A stretch of DNA of 63,125 nt, counting the filler, from Lenisia limosa (taxonomy: Eukaryota; Protista; Breviatea): assembly GCA_001655205.1 (NCBI GenBank). It is 8 parts of 8 records of this genome, joined end to end, with 100 filler letters (N's around TTAATTAATTAA, not from the genome) between each part and the next. Parts side by side here need not be neighbours in the genome. Positions count along the whole stretch, not along the records: positions 35,705 to 42,425 come from LPNZ01008262.1; positions 42,526 to 47,504 come from LPNZ01007217.1; positions 47,605 to 58,227 come from LPNZ01010468.1; 5 more parts are not named here. One strand, given 5' to 3'. Positions within the stretch are counted from its first letter, which is position 1. The number at the start of each line of letters is the position of its first letter. Positions 37,338-52,828 of this stretch are shown here, in pieces. A program made the position numbers and the translations under genes. Below the pieces are notes generated by a model that was given only the letters and a program-made list of their open reading frames with translations, was not told where the DNA came from and did no database searches.

Positions 37338-37408
37338 TGAGTAGATTATGGGCATTGGTTGGGTGATGAGTAGGTTATGGGCATTGGTTGGGTGATGAGT
37401 AGTTATGG
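37323..37408. repeat. Tandem repeat, 3 x 29 nt
   Basis: GCATTGGTTGGGTGATGAGTAGATTATGG at 37323, 37352 and 37381. Confidence 0.9.
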
Positions 37409-38276
37409 ACATTATTGTTGGAGAAAATGGGGATGACATTCAATCTTACTTATTATGGTAATCGGTATAAAAAAAGCAGAGTTTTGCAAAGCTGTGTCAT
37501 GATACAAACTTCGTGTATCATGTAAGCGTAATACTTTTTTAAATGCCGTATTTGATGAACACTACGAAGAAATAATTAGAGTCCAACTTCTTAATAAAGA
37601 CTGATTTACATATCAGACCATTTGGGAAGTTTTCAGTATTTTGCTACCCCTGTGATTTTTTTTATGCATCCTATGATTTTCAATTGCTCTCAAATAATTA
37701 TGTTCCAGGGTCCCGCAACAGCCACGAAGGCAGCCCAGCCACAACACCATATATTGACGAGCTCTCCATACAGGTTTGGTGGCGGGTGTATTGAGCATTC
37801 CCTTGGTGGATTTTTCATTTCTATCTATGCTAGTACATTATATGATATTAGATATGATATGATATGTGTGGAGATACTATTACTTACATTCAATATGTTT
37901 GTCGTCACACCTTTTCCTTATAATGCTGCAGGTGACAGAATCCCCTGTTGCCGGACCAGACCTCTCTGAGTCATTAGAAAGTAAGTACATCATCATTTTC
38001 TTTGGGGCTCTGTGTAATTAACAATTAATTTCAAAATTTGAAGAGTTACAAGAACTCCGCTTATTTTTGTCACATCACGTATGGAGAAAAGCCTACTTTT
38101 CAGACATTATAACACATTTACGAGGTTGATGACAGTATGATATGTAAAATCATGTGAAGAAAGACGCCATTTCTCGATGATATGCGTTCAACAGGAATCG
38201 ATATGATATTTCCCCGTTCATTGCTAAAATTGTCAAGCTTATAGCGGTCACCAATCAAAAGTAATCACACATCCTA

Positions 38277-39392
38277 GATGAAGTACCAAGTCCCCATGCC
38301 GGCGCGAGCAGCGATGGAGAGGTCTGGGCTGATGCGGTGACCGGAAGTTTGGCGTCATCCCTGGCACCTTCCATATCGGGTATGTTGGGCCTTATTATCT
38401 TACGTTTCGGGTAATATATGTTGTTTTTATCAGTCTTGAGTTGTTTGGTTTTGTTTTATAAATATCCACTTAACTTACATGTACGCTGGGTGTGGTGCTG
38501 TAGAAGCAGCTGGCCTGGGCTTTTTTTTGTTTTGTTGTTCTCAACCCTTGTGTGTTGTCAGTCAACATAGTTGATTTCTTTTTGTTTCATAAATTGTCCA
38601 ATTTTACCCCCCCCCCCCTCCCCAAGGCGGTGCGAGTGGTGGGGTAATTGCTGTGGAAGAAGACATAACAGAAGGACGTCAGATGATTAGCGAAGAGAAT
38701 TCTGAACACATTGAACCTGAGGAGGCAAATGAAAGTGGTCAAGTTCGACAGGACAAGGATTACGAGCAAGAAGATAACCAAAGTGCTGAAATTGAAGAAG
38801 AAGATAACGAAAGTGCCGAAATTGAAGAAGAAGATAACGAAAGTGTTGAAATAGAAGAAGAAGATAACCAAAGTGCTGAAATTGAAGAAGAGGACATCAT
38901 TGTGGAGATTGAGCCCGCTGTAAACGTTCGCGAAGACATTTTCATTGATGCTGATATTGACGGTGATGACGAAGAAAGCTCCGATGATGACTCATCAAGG
39001 TAATGGGGGGGGGGCATACTGAGATCAAGATAGGACATTAAGGGGGTCTTGGGATACAATAAACAAAACAGGAATGTTTAATTTGTATCGATTTACCAAT
39101 ATTAATCTCATTTATATTTGGTATTTATTCGTGTCCTTTTCACTTCTCTCGTTCATCTATTTTCATCTTTTCATCCTTTAGATCCTGGGAGGGAGTAATA
39201 TGGCACGACCAAGCACAGCAACAGGTCTCCAAAACAGTCAGCTCGGACCCCGCAAGACCAGAGTCGCAGAACAACGAAAATGTTCTAGTGGAAGAAGAGG
39301 ACAATAATGTGGCAGAGGAGTATGACGAGGAGGAAGAAGACGAGCATGATGTCGAATATGAGGAAGACGCGCCTATGGAACCGTCTATTCTG
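38277..39392 (+). CDS. Acidic low-complexity exons with about four copies of a 10-aa repeat EDN(Q/E)SAEIEE
   Basis: 30-nt coding tandem repeat at about 38770-38890; spliceable open exons; may belong to the upstream LisH gene. Confidence 0.55.
38485..38626 (+). repeat. Family D copy at an intron 3' end
   Basis: Same block order, ending in a C-run and AG at 38625-38626. Confidence 0.75.
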
Positions 39393-42380
39393 GTGGGATG
39401 ATTGGGAAATGAGAAAGAGGCGCCTATGAAACCGTCTATTCTGGTGGGATGATTGGGAATGTTCAAGTGGCAAGGGCAACTTGGACCATTCAGATCTTGT
39501 AGGGTTGGAATATCAATGTACAAATGGATTGCGAATGGTTAAGTGTTTCAGTTGGAACTTCAATGCCAAAACCTATGCACTTCACCCTCGTGAGTGTTGT
39601 CAGGCAACAGTGTTGATTTCAGTTTTTTTTTTACATTAATTTTCCAATTCCACTCCCCCTCCAGGATAACAGAATTCACCCCCCCCCCCCCNNNNNNNNN
39701 NNNNNNNNNNNNNNNNNNNNNNNNNNNNNNNNNNNNNNNNNNNNNNNNNNNNNNNNNNNNNNNNNNNNNNNNNNNNNNNNNNNNNNNNNNNNNCTGACAA
39801 AGAGCTTGATGAGGCCTGGAAGTTCCTTAAGGCGGGTTCTTGCTTACTATTGTTAAGGCTCCGTGCAATTAATTGATGAAATAATCGCAAAATTTGAAGT
39901 GTGACATATTGTAATGTATTCTCAATTTTGACACTTTAATTTCGAATTTTGTGAATTAATTCAAAACGTTAATTGTACGGAGACCTCCTATTTGTGAATA
40001 ACATTCATGTTTATCTTTTGTGGAAGTGTTGTTTCCTCTCTTTATGATTCTCACCTTTTTATAAAAATACTCTCAAACTTAAGCTCACCTTCCCCTTAGG
40101 ACGTGATATGCTTCAGAGCCTCCTATAGTGCTGGTCTGCTCCCAATGACGTCGATTGAGGTTTGGAGGGTTTTTGTGTGGGATGCGAATAGCCTCTTCTT
40201 TTCCCACTCCTATGCGTTATTATACACAAAACATAACAAGTAACACGATGATAAAGGCCATATCCGGTTTTCAATTTTCCAGCCTCTGCGAATCTAGCAA
40301 AACGCTGTGGGCTGATAGCTGTATGGAACTTTCATCCAATATATATATCTCTTATAAACGTGATGGTGTAGAAGGCTTCGGCTGGATGCAACCTTGTTTT
40401 GTTTTATCGCTATGTATTCTTCTGTATCCCTAGTCATTTAAAGTGTTTTTTTTGTATATCCAAAAAGAAGATTGTGTGGACGGCTTCGGCCCAATACTTT
40501 TTTCAATTAAGAATAGTGAATCGCACATCACATTTTTCACTGATCAGAAATGCTTCACTCTGAGCGAGGAAATGGCTGAATTTCTCGCTATATCATCGAT
40601 ATATTTCGATAGTTAAACGATCTTTTTCGAACCGGAGTGAAGCAATTGTCAAAAACAAATTTGCTTGATAAATCCTCCATAATATTTGATATTTTGACGG
40701 TCTTTTTTCGGACCTGAGGGAAGCCCTACTCAAAAAAATGAATCTCACATCACATTTTCCCGTAGAATGGTCCTAACATCTTAGTCTCCGGAGAGTGTTA
40801 GCCGAGTGGATGTCCATCACGTGTNNNNNNNNNNNNNNNNNNNNNNNNNNNNNNNNNNNNNNNNNNNNNNNNNNNNNNNNNNNNNNNNNNNNNNNNNNNN
40901 NAATTCTGTATTGAAACTAGGATCATAGAGATCCCTTTGAGTTTCTCAATTTGCGTTCACCTCCTAGCGTTTTTGGCCCTGGAATCTCCGGAGTATGACA
41001 GTCAAGGTGGGAGTGGTGTGATATATCAATTATGGGGGTGGGGGAGTGGGGGAGAGTCTTGAGGCACACAGAAAGCTGTACACTGTTGTAGGTTGTTGTT
41101 GGGTGGATTATTGTTCACAGCAAGGGGCTCCTCTTTTTCAACAGAGTTGATTTGGGTTTTTATCGTGTTTTCATAGACACTATCGAAATTTCTTTCATTT
41201 CACTCCCTTTCCCCTGATGGGATGCGGTGCTTCTGCTGAAGGGACTTTCCTGGGCTTTGTTTTGTTGTTTTCTACACTTGTATGTTGTCAGCCAACAGAG
41301 TTGTTATTGGGCTTTTTTGTTTATTAAATTTCCCATTTGCAGTTTCAGATAATTCGGTTCGTGATTAGTACCTTTACGGTACTTCATCGAAATTTGCTTC
41401 GTTTTACTCCCCCCCCCCCCAGTTGACGACTTTGAGCAGCAGCTTGCACAGGCCCTGATGCAGCCTCCCGTGTCTCGCGATGATGATGACATGGTGATGG
41501 GGGAAGGGGTCAAATAGATACACATATGCAGATACATATGTATGTAGTATAGATACAGAAATACTCTTATTTTTTAAACGGACTCACCCCCTCCCCCCAG
41601 GCCATCCCATACCTCTCCCCACCATGTAAGAGCCCGGGGGAGGCCCCAGGGGATATGTCATCGCCGCACCCTGTTGCCATATCCGCACCGGGTGCTGCTA
41701 CGCCCTCGCCTTTTGAGATTACTAAGCAGGTGTGTGTATTATGTTTGAGCTTGCTAGACTGGTGTGTATTTCTAGATATCTACTGTTTTTGAATTTTCTA
41801 AAGAGGTGTGTGTTTCTTTGATGTTTTAAGCTTGCTACACGTGTACTTGGTTGTTAGAGTTTTTAGAACTGACAGTGTTAATGTTATCTCTTTTGTACTC
41901 CTAAATTATATTCGTGTTACTAATACTGCTGTATCTTGAAGCAATGGTATTTCTTTTAGCCTGTCATTGGTTACAGGGTATATTCTCTATTGTAGATTGT
42001 GTCTTTGAGCGTTCAAACCAGTGGTCTTAACACTTGAGCGCACACTGGACCAAAAAATATGTGTATTGTCCGCGAGTTTCTCAAATTATATTATGTCACC
42101 TTCTGTGGTTCCCAAAGATTAGCCAACAGAGTTGATTCTGGGTTTTTTTTTGTTTCAATAATTTTCCATTTTANNNNNNNNNNNNNNNNNNNNNNNNNNN
42201 NNNNNNNNNNNNNNNNNNNNNNNNNNNNNNNNNNNNNNNNNNNNNNNNNNNNNNNNNNNNNNNNNNNNNNCATCTTTCGAACCTCCAGGTAGGACACCGA
42301 TTACTTGCCTTTTTTGTTTTCTACTACTTGCCTTTTTTGGTTTATACTACTTGCTTTTTTAGGGTTATAAGGCGACCCCC

Positions 42381-42425
42381 CTGAGTGCGAATTCCAACCT
42401 GAGTGCGAATTCCAACCTGAGTGCG
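42381..42425. repeat. 18-nt tandem repeat at a scaffold end
   Basis: CTGAGTGCGAATTCCAAC x2.5 running into the N spacer. Confidence 0.8.
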
Positions 42426-42969
42426 NNNNNNNNNNNNNNNNNNNNNNNNNNNNNNNNNNNNNNNNNNNNTTAATTAATTAANNNNNNNNNNNNNNNNNNN
42501 NNNNNNNNNNNNNNNNNNNNNNNNNTGAAAAGCTCTACCCAAGAATGGGAGGGGCGTCAGTCAACCCCTGAACCAAAATTCCAAAATTCAATACCTGCCA
42601 TTTATGTCAACTGCTGAGCAAACAGCCGGACCAACAAATGTGAGTGATCAGTCAAGATTATCACAATCTGCTCTGAAAGGAGCAACAACGAGGGAAAGAA
42701 GAAGGATAATATCATAGAAGTGATTCTGTCCCTTTAATGAGGCGCTAGGCCAACAAGGGTGGTAAAAGATGTGCCAGAGACAAAGGAACCGTCATCAAAG
42801 CTTAGTAGAAACCAGCATGATCTAGTTCAAATAGGCTCATAATAAAGCGAATACGGAGCAACGGCAGAAACTAGCACGAAAAAGGAAAAGAAATTTAACA
42901 ACGGGTAAAAGAGCAAGAGTGACTCATGCCTCAATGAATTATTCATTTCCCCAATTCTCTATTTGTCTT

Positions 42970-43401
42970 AGGTTAAAGATGTAACCCGGCTTACCCCGTC
43001 AACAACAACGTTTCTCCACACTACGACCGCATCTCTGCAGCCTTCGCGCTTCAAAGACTCAAACAGACTAAAACATAGTAAATTTAAAGGGAGTAGCAGC
43101 GTGAAACGCACCTAATCATCTCCAGAGGGGATAGTGGAGGGAGTAACTTTCGAAGTTCGGGGTCAAAGTAAAAGACATGGTCTCGTGGGTTTTCCACGAT
43201 TGTTGGGACGTTATACTGGAAGTCAAGTGAAAGGATTTCGGGACCAGGACAAACCTTCCTTGTTGCGTTCACAATTGAGTCCCCAATCATTGACCGCTGC
43301 AAATGAGGCAGCAGCTCGGGATCAACGGTCTCATCTGCCATGATGGTTTCAAAATGAAAGGAACCAATTGCGCTGTAACAGAAGATATAACTAAACCTCA
43401 A
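42970..43401 (-). CDS. Hypothetical protein exons (MADETVDPELLPHLQRS..)
   Basis: ORF 43084..43401 with protein-like composition, divergent from the gene starting at 43788. Confidence 0.4.
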
Positions 43402-43787
43402 CTAATCTTTCATAATAATCGCCTTTTGGGTCACTTTTGGAATTTCTGAAATTTCGGACAAGTTGTTTTTTTGAAATTGCCCCGCGACCGGGGCCCTACG
43501 CCCAAGCCTATTATAGCCACCATCCGTCCAAATTTACGCAAAAATCAATTCATAAACTAATAAGCTAACTGTTTGACTCCGAAGAAACGAAGTTTATCCC
43601 TTCCCCCGCCCAGTTCCCTTATACTGACTTCTTTGGTCCACGACTGATTCCCCTATTACCCAATTTGGGAAGCCTCTCGCAGCCTTGTTTATCTGACGAA
43701 TTTAATTTAGTCCCTTTTCGGCCTACGTTCCTTGTTGATACGTCGTTGATTCCTCCCTTCGTTGCCTGAGATTGCAACATTGCTACA

Positions 43788-46784
43788 ATGGTTGAGTTCA
43801 GCGACAGAGTTGTGACGACTGCAGCGTGCATTTTGCCACCAAGGTAGGCCTTGGGGTTCTGGCTTTTCTGTCATCGGCCTTGTTTGTTTCAATTAGGTGT
43901 CATTCTGGTTCGTTTTGATTGTAATTGTAGCTGTAATTGTAACATTCCTGATTAGTATACCAATTGTCACTTCAATTGTAATGTCGTACCCCTCAAACAC
44001 ACTGATTGTTACAGTACTTAGATGGGTTTTGAAGAGAATTTCTTTTAAATCACCCATTAATTGTACCCCCGCTTTAACTTCTCCTATTGAGTCCAGCATT
44101 TGACCATTCAGGACCCTGTGGCCTGCAATACAGGCCATTCGCCAAGACCATGACCCTGCGTTCATGAGGTGGGGGGGGGGGNNNNNNNNNNNNNNNNNNN
44201 NNNNNNNNNNNNNNNNNNNNNNNNNTTTTCTTCATACATCCCAAAAATCGGTTTAATTAGCCTCCTTTAATACCTTTTCTTGAGGAAAAGTCGTCGAACT
44301 TTTTCGGTTCCAACATCTCCAACCTCCTGTGGCCACGTGCTGGGAGGCTTGTGTTATTGTTATCTCATGCGGTATCATTACCAGAAACCCAGAAACACTG
44401 ATGAATAATAGACCTATTAGTCATGAATTGAGTTATAATAAAGATTGCATACAAGATTCATAGTTTATCATAGACCGAATTTTTGACCATTATTGCAGCA
44501 TTTATTCCGTACTACATACGAAAACATTGTTTTTAACATTGAAACAGTTTGTACCCAGTAGAACCTACAAAATACAGAACAAAGCTAAGTTGTTCAGGTG
44601 GATGCCTCATTGCAACTTCCTGTACCCTTTTGTCCCGCAGAACGAGTTCAGCGTGGGTCTAGATTAAAATTAAATGTTTGAATTATGATGATTTCTGGTG
44701 TTTGATTTACGATGATTTCTTACATTTCTCTTATTTTTTGTTTGAATGATGATTTCTTTTGATTGTTTCATCTGCTGTTATGGAGGGGAATAATCATTCA
44801 GACACATTCCACTTCTCTCATTTTGATACTCACTCATCACGTCTGCAATCCCCCATGTTTGCTATTGACGTCATAGGAGGCAACCGACTTGATTTGGAAG
44901 GCAGTGAAAGACGTCGAACCTTTCAAGATCACTCTTGACAGTGGGGGGGGCTTATCAGCTTTGATCTTCATGAATTATTCTTTCAAGCATGTTGTTATCA
45001 TGTTGGTATTGAGTTTACAGTTATCCATAAGTTCTATGAAAATAGTGGCGTATGATGTAGTGAATCATATGCGGTCAGTATTATCAACTATTTATGGTCA
45101 GTCATGCTCGTACTTTGTACACAATATGTTTCATATATATTGTATATACAGTGACCGGGATAGGTCTTGACCTATTTTCCTTGGGAAATCACATAGACAA
45201 TCGGTCAAGACTTATTCCCAGTCACTGTATATTCGCACTACAACATACTGTCTGAACAGAGTTGTAATGAAAATGATTGGGTGAATTAATTTTTACTATA
45301 ATAATTCAATATCTCTTATAAGCGTGATGGTGAGGACGGCTTTGGCCAGATATAACCTTGTTTTATCTCTCATCACTATATCATAATATATTATACATAT
45401 GATACTATGTGATAACCGGGTATTCCCACTCCATAAAGTTATTGTAAGGGATGGAGGGTACTTCTTAAATATTAGTTACTGGGGGGGGGGGGGNNNNNNN
45501 NNNNNNNNNNNNNNNNNNNNNNNNNNNNNNNNNNNNNNNNNNNNNNNNNNNNNNNNNNNNNACGGACCTCTTTGAACCCTGTTTTCCTTGCCCCGAGTGA
45601 CACAGACCAACTCTGCGAATTGCACTGCAAGTTGGCGGCATGTATGGATGCCACAGGTATGGTTTGGGTTATTGGTGAGTGTTGGTGTTATTTCGAGAGG
45701 TGGAGTATCGGTTGGTGATGTTTTTTGGACACATCCTTTGTTTTCCTTTGTTTTACTCCCTCCCCTCCCNNNNNNNNNNNNNNNNNNNNNNNNNNNNNNN
45801 NNNNNNNNNNNNNNNNNNNNNNNNNNNNNNNNNNNNNNNNNNNNNNNNNNTACCCCTCGCCAGGAGGCAAGCCCTTCAAGCCGCACTTCACTGTTGCCAA
45901 GATTGAGGGTCTCGAGGCGGAGACTAAAATAGAGGCTTTCGACAAGCGGTGGCTGGACAATACGGTCCGGGGCTGTTTTCTTATTCGCAAACCCCATTAC
46001 CCTCCGCCACCCCGCTAACTTTCACTCCTCCTATTGATGACAATAATGCAAAAGGTAGAGGCTAACCTCTGGGGTTTCGATAATCTGTAACCCGGGTGGT
46101 GGTTGTGGGGGTTACATCTATTCACATGATAATGACGATAATACTTTCAGAATATATTATTATGAAATATTGTGTTTGGGGGGGGGGGGAGCTATAAACC
46201 TATTGTTTGCAACTCCAGCATTTCCAGTTTTGACCTTGTCCAGGAGGCCTTCGAGCGGACTTTTGAGGTGGCTGAGATCTGTCTGATCGCCCGGACCAAA
46301 ACCGGACCTTTCAAAATCATCGCCCGGGTACCACTTGGCGGTGGACCGCCGGAATTTGTGGGTCGCGGCACCACCGTCAGTTACCACCACTACGGCGCAT
46401 CGACTTGGGATTCCCTTATATGACAAGGGTTCCATAGATTTCTTCAAATTTCCATAAAATTACATGGGATTCCCATGTAAAATATGGGAATTCCATCGTT
46501 TTCAAAAGACTCCCGAGTCGACGCGCCGTAGTGTTTCGACTGTAGCTTCTTCTTTTATCAATATCTACACTAAAACATAAAAACTATCAATTGCAGAATA
46601 TTTAAGTGAAACCACTCTGGTTTTACTCCTCTTCTTTGTTTCATCTCATTGCTTCTGGTGCTTATTATATGGCAAGGTTTAAGTCTTTTAAAGTACATAT
46701 GAGGATTAGGAAGGTTTATTCTTTTACTTACTCTATTAGGAAGGTTCCGGCGGACAATACAACGCCGATGAGTGGAAAACCTGA
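43788..46784 (+). CDS. LENG9-like 2H phosphoesterase (2'-5' RNA ligase superfamily)
   Basis: TTAACILPPR|TLWPAIQAIRQDHDPAFMR|WMPHCNFLYPFVP, EPFKITL, PFKPHFTVAK, FEVAEICLIARTKTGPFKIIARVPLG; stop TGA at 46782-46784. Confidence 0.8.
45149..45227. mobile_element. MITE family B (Tc1/mariner-like, TA target duplication, CAGT..ACTG ends)
   Basis: TA|CAGTGACCGGGATAGGTCTTGACC..GGTCAAGACTTATTCCCAGTCACTG|TA. Other copies at about 630-707, 4192-4258, 5579-5606, 10987-11057, 15865-15937 and 46881-46955. Confidence 0.8.
45272..45367 (+). repeat. Repeat family C (about 95 nt, no TIR, GGC-TTCG-GCC hairpin in several copies)
   Basis: AATGATTGGGTGAATT..ATCTCTTATAAGCGTGATGGTGTGGACGGCTTCGGCCAGATAC. Full or partial copies at about 1(-), 319, 7137(-), 8137, 9345, 11927, 15490, 16022, 35313, 40345 and 40472. 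Confidence 0.75.
46388..46533. mobile_element. MITE family F (CACTA..TAGTG termini)
   Basis: TIR CACTACGGCGCATCGACTTGGGA / TCCCGAGTCGACGCGCCGTAGTG; internal sequence shared with 50128-50331. Confidence 0.7.
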
Positions 46785-47367
46785 GATCCGTGTGTACAGT
46801 AGTGTTGTATGAGTATTATTGTAATATTATTAATGTACTTCTATTTAGTATTTATTGATGATAGCAATATTATGCATATACACCGGGATAAGTCTTGACC
46901 GATTTGCTATGTGATGTCCGAAGGATAATCCGGTCAAGACCTATCCCGGTCACTGTAGAGTAGAATATTTATCGACATGTGCGATATACTGATAATACTA
47001 CTCAGCCATATGAGGGGAAAATGACAAGTACATTACATGACCAGAAAAGGGAAAAAGATGGGCCAACAAACCAAATTACGGCCTCAACAAAGGGTTTAGA
47101 GAACCTTCTCGTTCTTCTTGCCGGTGATGGGCCGAAGCATGGTTCCGATGAAGGTGCCTGGGATGGCTGCCAAGAACCTGCGGGGAGTAAAACAAAGGAA
47201 ATTTCGATGAAGAGTATTGGCGTAAAGGTACTAATCACGAAACGAATAATCTGAACCAAGCAAACAATAAAACAAAAACAAGATATAATAAACATGAGCA
47301 ACAAGCGCTAAAAAGCCAGATGACAAAAAAAAAAACAAAAACAAAAACAAGCCCGTTTGTTCCACCA

Positions 47368-47490
47368 CCGCAAATTTATGAAACAAAAAGCCCAAAATCC
47401 ACTCTGTTGGCTGGCAACACACGAGGGCTGATAACAAACAAAGTCCAGTCCAGTCGCTTCTGCAGCACCGCATCTCATCTCGGGGGCAGG
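47368..47490 (-). repeat. Family D copy on the minus strand
   Basis: Reverse-complement match lying in an intron of a minus-strand gene fragment. Confidence 0.75.
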
Positions 47491-47828
47491 GGGGCAATAT
47501 CTATNNNNNNNNNNNNNNNNNNNNNNNNNNNNNNNNNNNNNNNNNNNNTTAATTAATTAANNNNNNNNNNNNNNNNNNNNNNNNNNNNNNNNNNNNNNNN
47601 NNNNTGGGTTTATGAAACAAAATAACTTTTCTATTGGTAAAATGTACAATAGTGTTAATGAGGAATACTGTATATATATCTACAGCATAATGAACAATAT
47701 CAAGATACAAGGGAGTGGGGTTAAAGTTGGAAAATTTATGAAGCAAAAAAAATGAGAGGGGAAAAAAGTAACTACTCAAAGCCCTGTTGGTTGAACATCA
47801 GAACAGATGTAGAGATTAACCAACCCTC

Positions 47829-48298
47829 CTACGAGTTGTTGGCGTTGTACGACACATGATGGTGCTGTGGCTGAACAGTAAATCAGAAACAGCCACATTA
47901 AATGAAAGAGTGGTAAAGATAGACAAAGAAATTGGGAGATAATGGTGACTCACCTCCACGTAGACTGGCTCCGGAACTGTCATTGGTTCTTCCTCAACAG
48001 GGACAGGGGGTTGGGGCTGGGCCTCAAAGGGAGAAAGCTGTTCCTGGGGGGCTTCAGGAGCTGGAGCGTCGAAGATCAGATCCTGGTTGGTAAGAGGAAA
48101 TCAGAGTAAGGGGATCAGTACCGAGACAGGGGTTTGATCTTGACTTGTAGACTCAGAAGGAGCAGCGAAAGGGTCAGTAGCTGGTTGGGCAAAGGCTACA
48201 GCTTGTCACAAAAAGAAGCAAAAAAAGGATGGCTTGCAAAGTGGCTCTTGAGTAAACATACGATCAGCAGTAACTTCAGATGCAAAGGGATCGGCCAT
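47829..48298 (-). CDS. Acidic Pro-rich protein with two DPF motifs (possibly clathrin/adaptor-associated)
   Basis: MADPFASEVTAD|PVAFAQPATDPFAAP..|DLIFDAPAPEAPQ..; exons splice in frame; the 3' end is unresolved. Confidence 0.45.
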
Positions 48299-48563
48299 AA
48301 TCAGAAAAAAAAACACGAAAGGGGAAAAGTTGAAAAAAAGTGGGTTGTTTATAAATGGATAATAGCTAAACAGCAATGATAATTAAATAATAAGGTTCGT
48401 TTTGTGAAATTGCCATAATATGGTCCATCTTTTATAATGTATAAAAATATATGCTGCAGTGTACACATTTATAATTTTTTTATTTTTTGAAAATGGCCTT
48501 TCAGATCGCATTTAATAGCTTGTTGTGTGAGTTTGCATTTATATATTTTGATTAGATTGCAAA

Positions 48564-52670
<4,107 letters not shown>

Positions 52671-52828
52671 TTCCTGTCTCCATTTCAATGCAGTCTTTCT
52701 GCGCCCCTTCCTTATTTCTTGAAGTGAGCGCTTTTCTATGCATTGATCAGATTGTTCAATAAACACATTAATTGTGACAGTAAATTTATAAACGTAATAG
52801 AAATGATAATATAAATAACTTGGTGGGC

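Noticed and set aside
35825-37408. 50-nt and 29-nt repeats as possible CRISPR arrays
   Set aside because: Head-to-tail tandem copies without unique spacers, no cas genes, eukaryotic context.
38627-38660. Possible 9-nt microexon followed by a tiny G-rich intron
   Set aside because: The sequence reads straight through in frame (GASGGVIAVEEDI), so no intron is needed.
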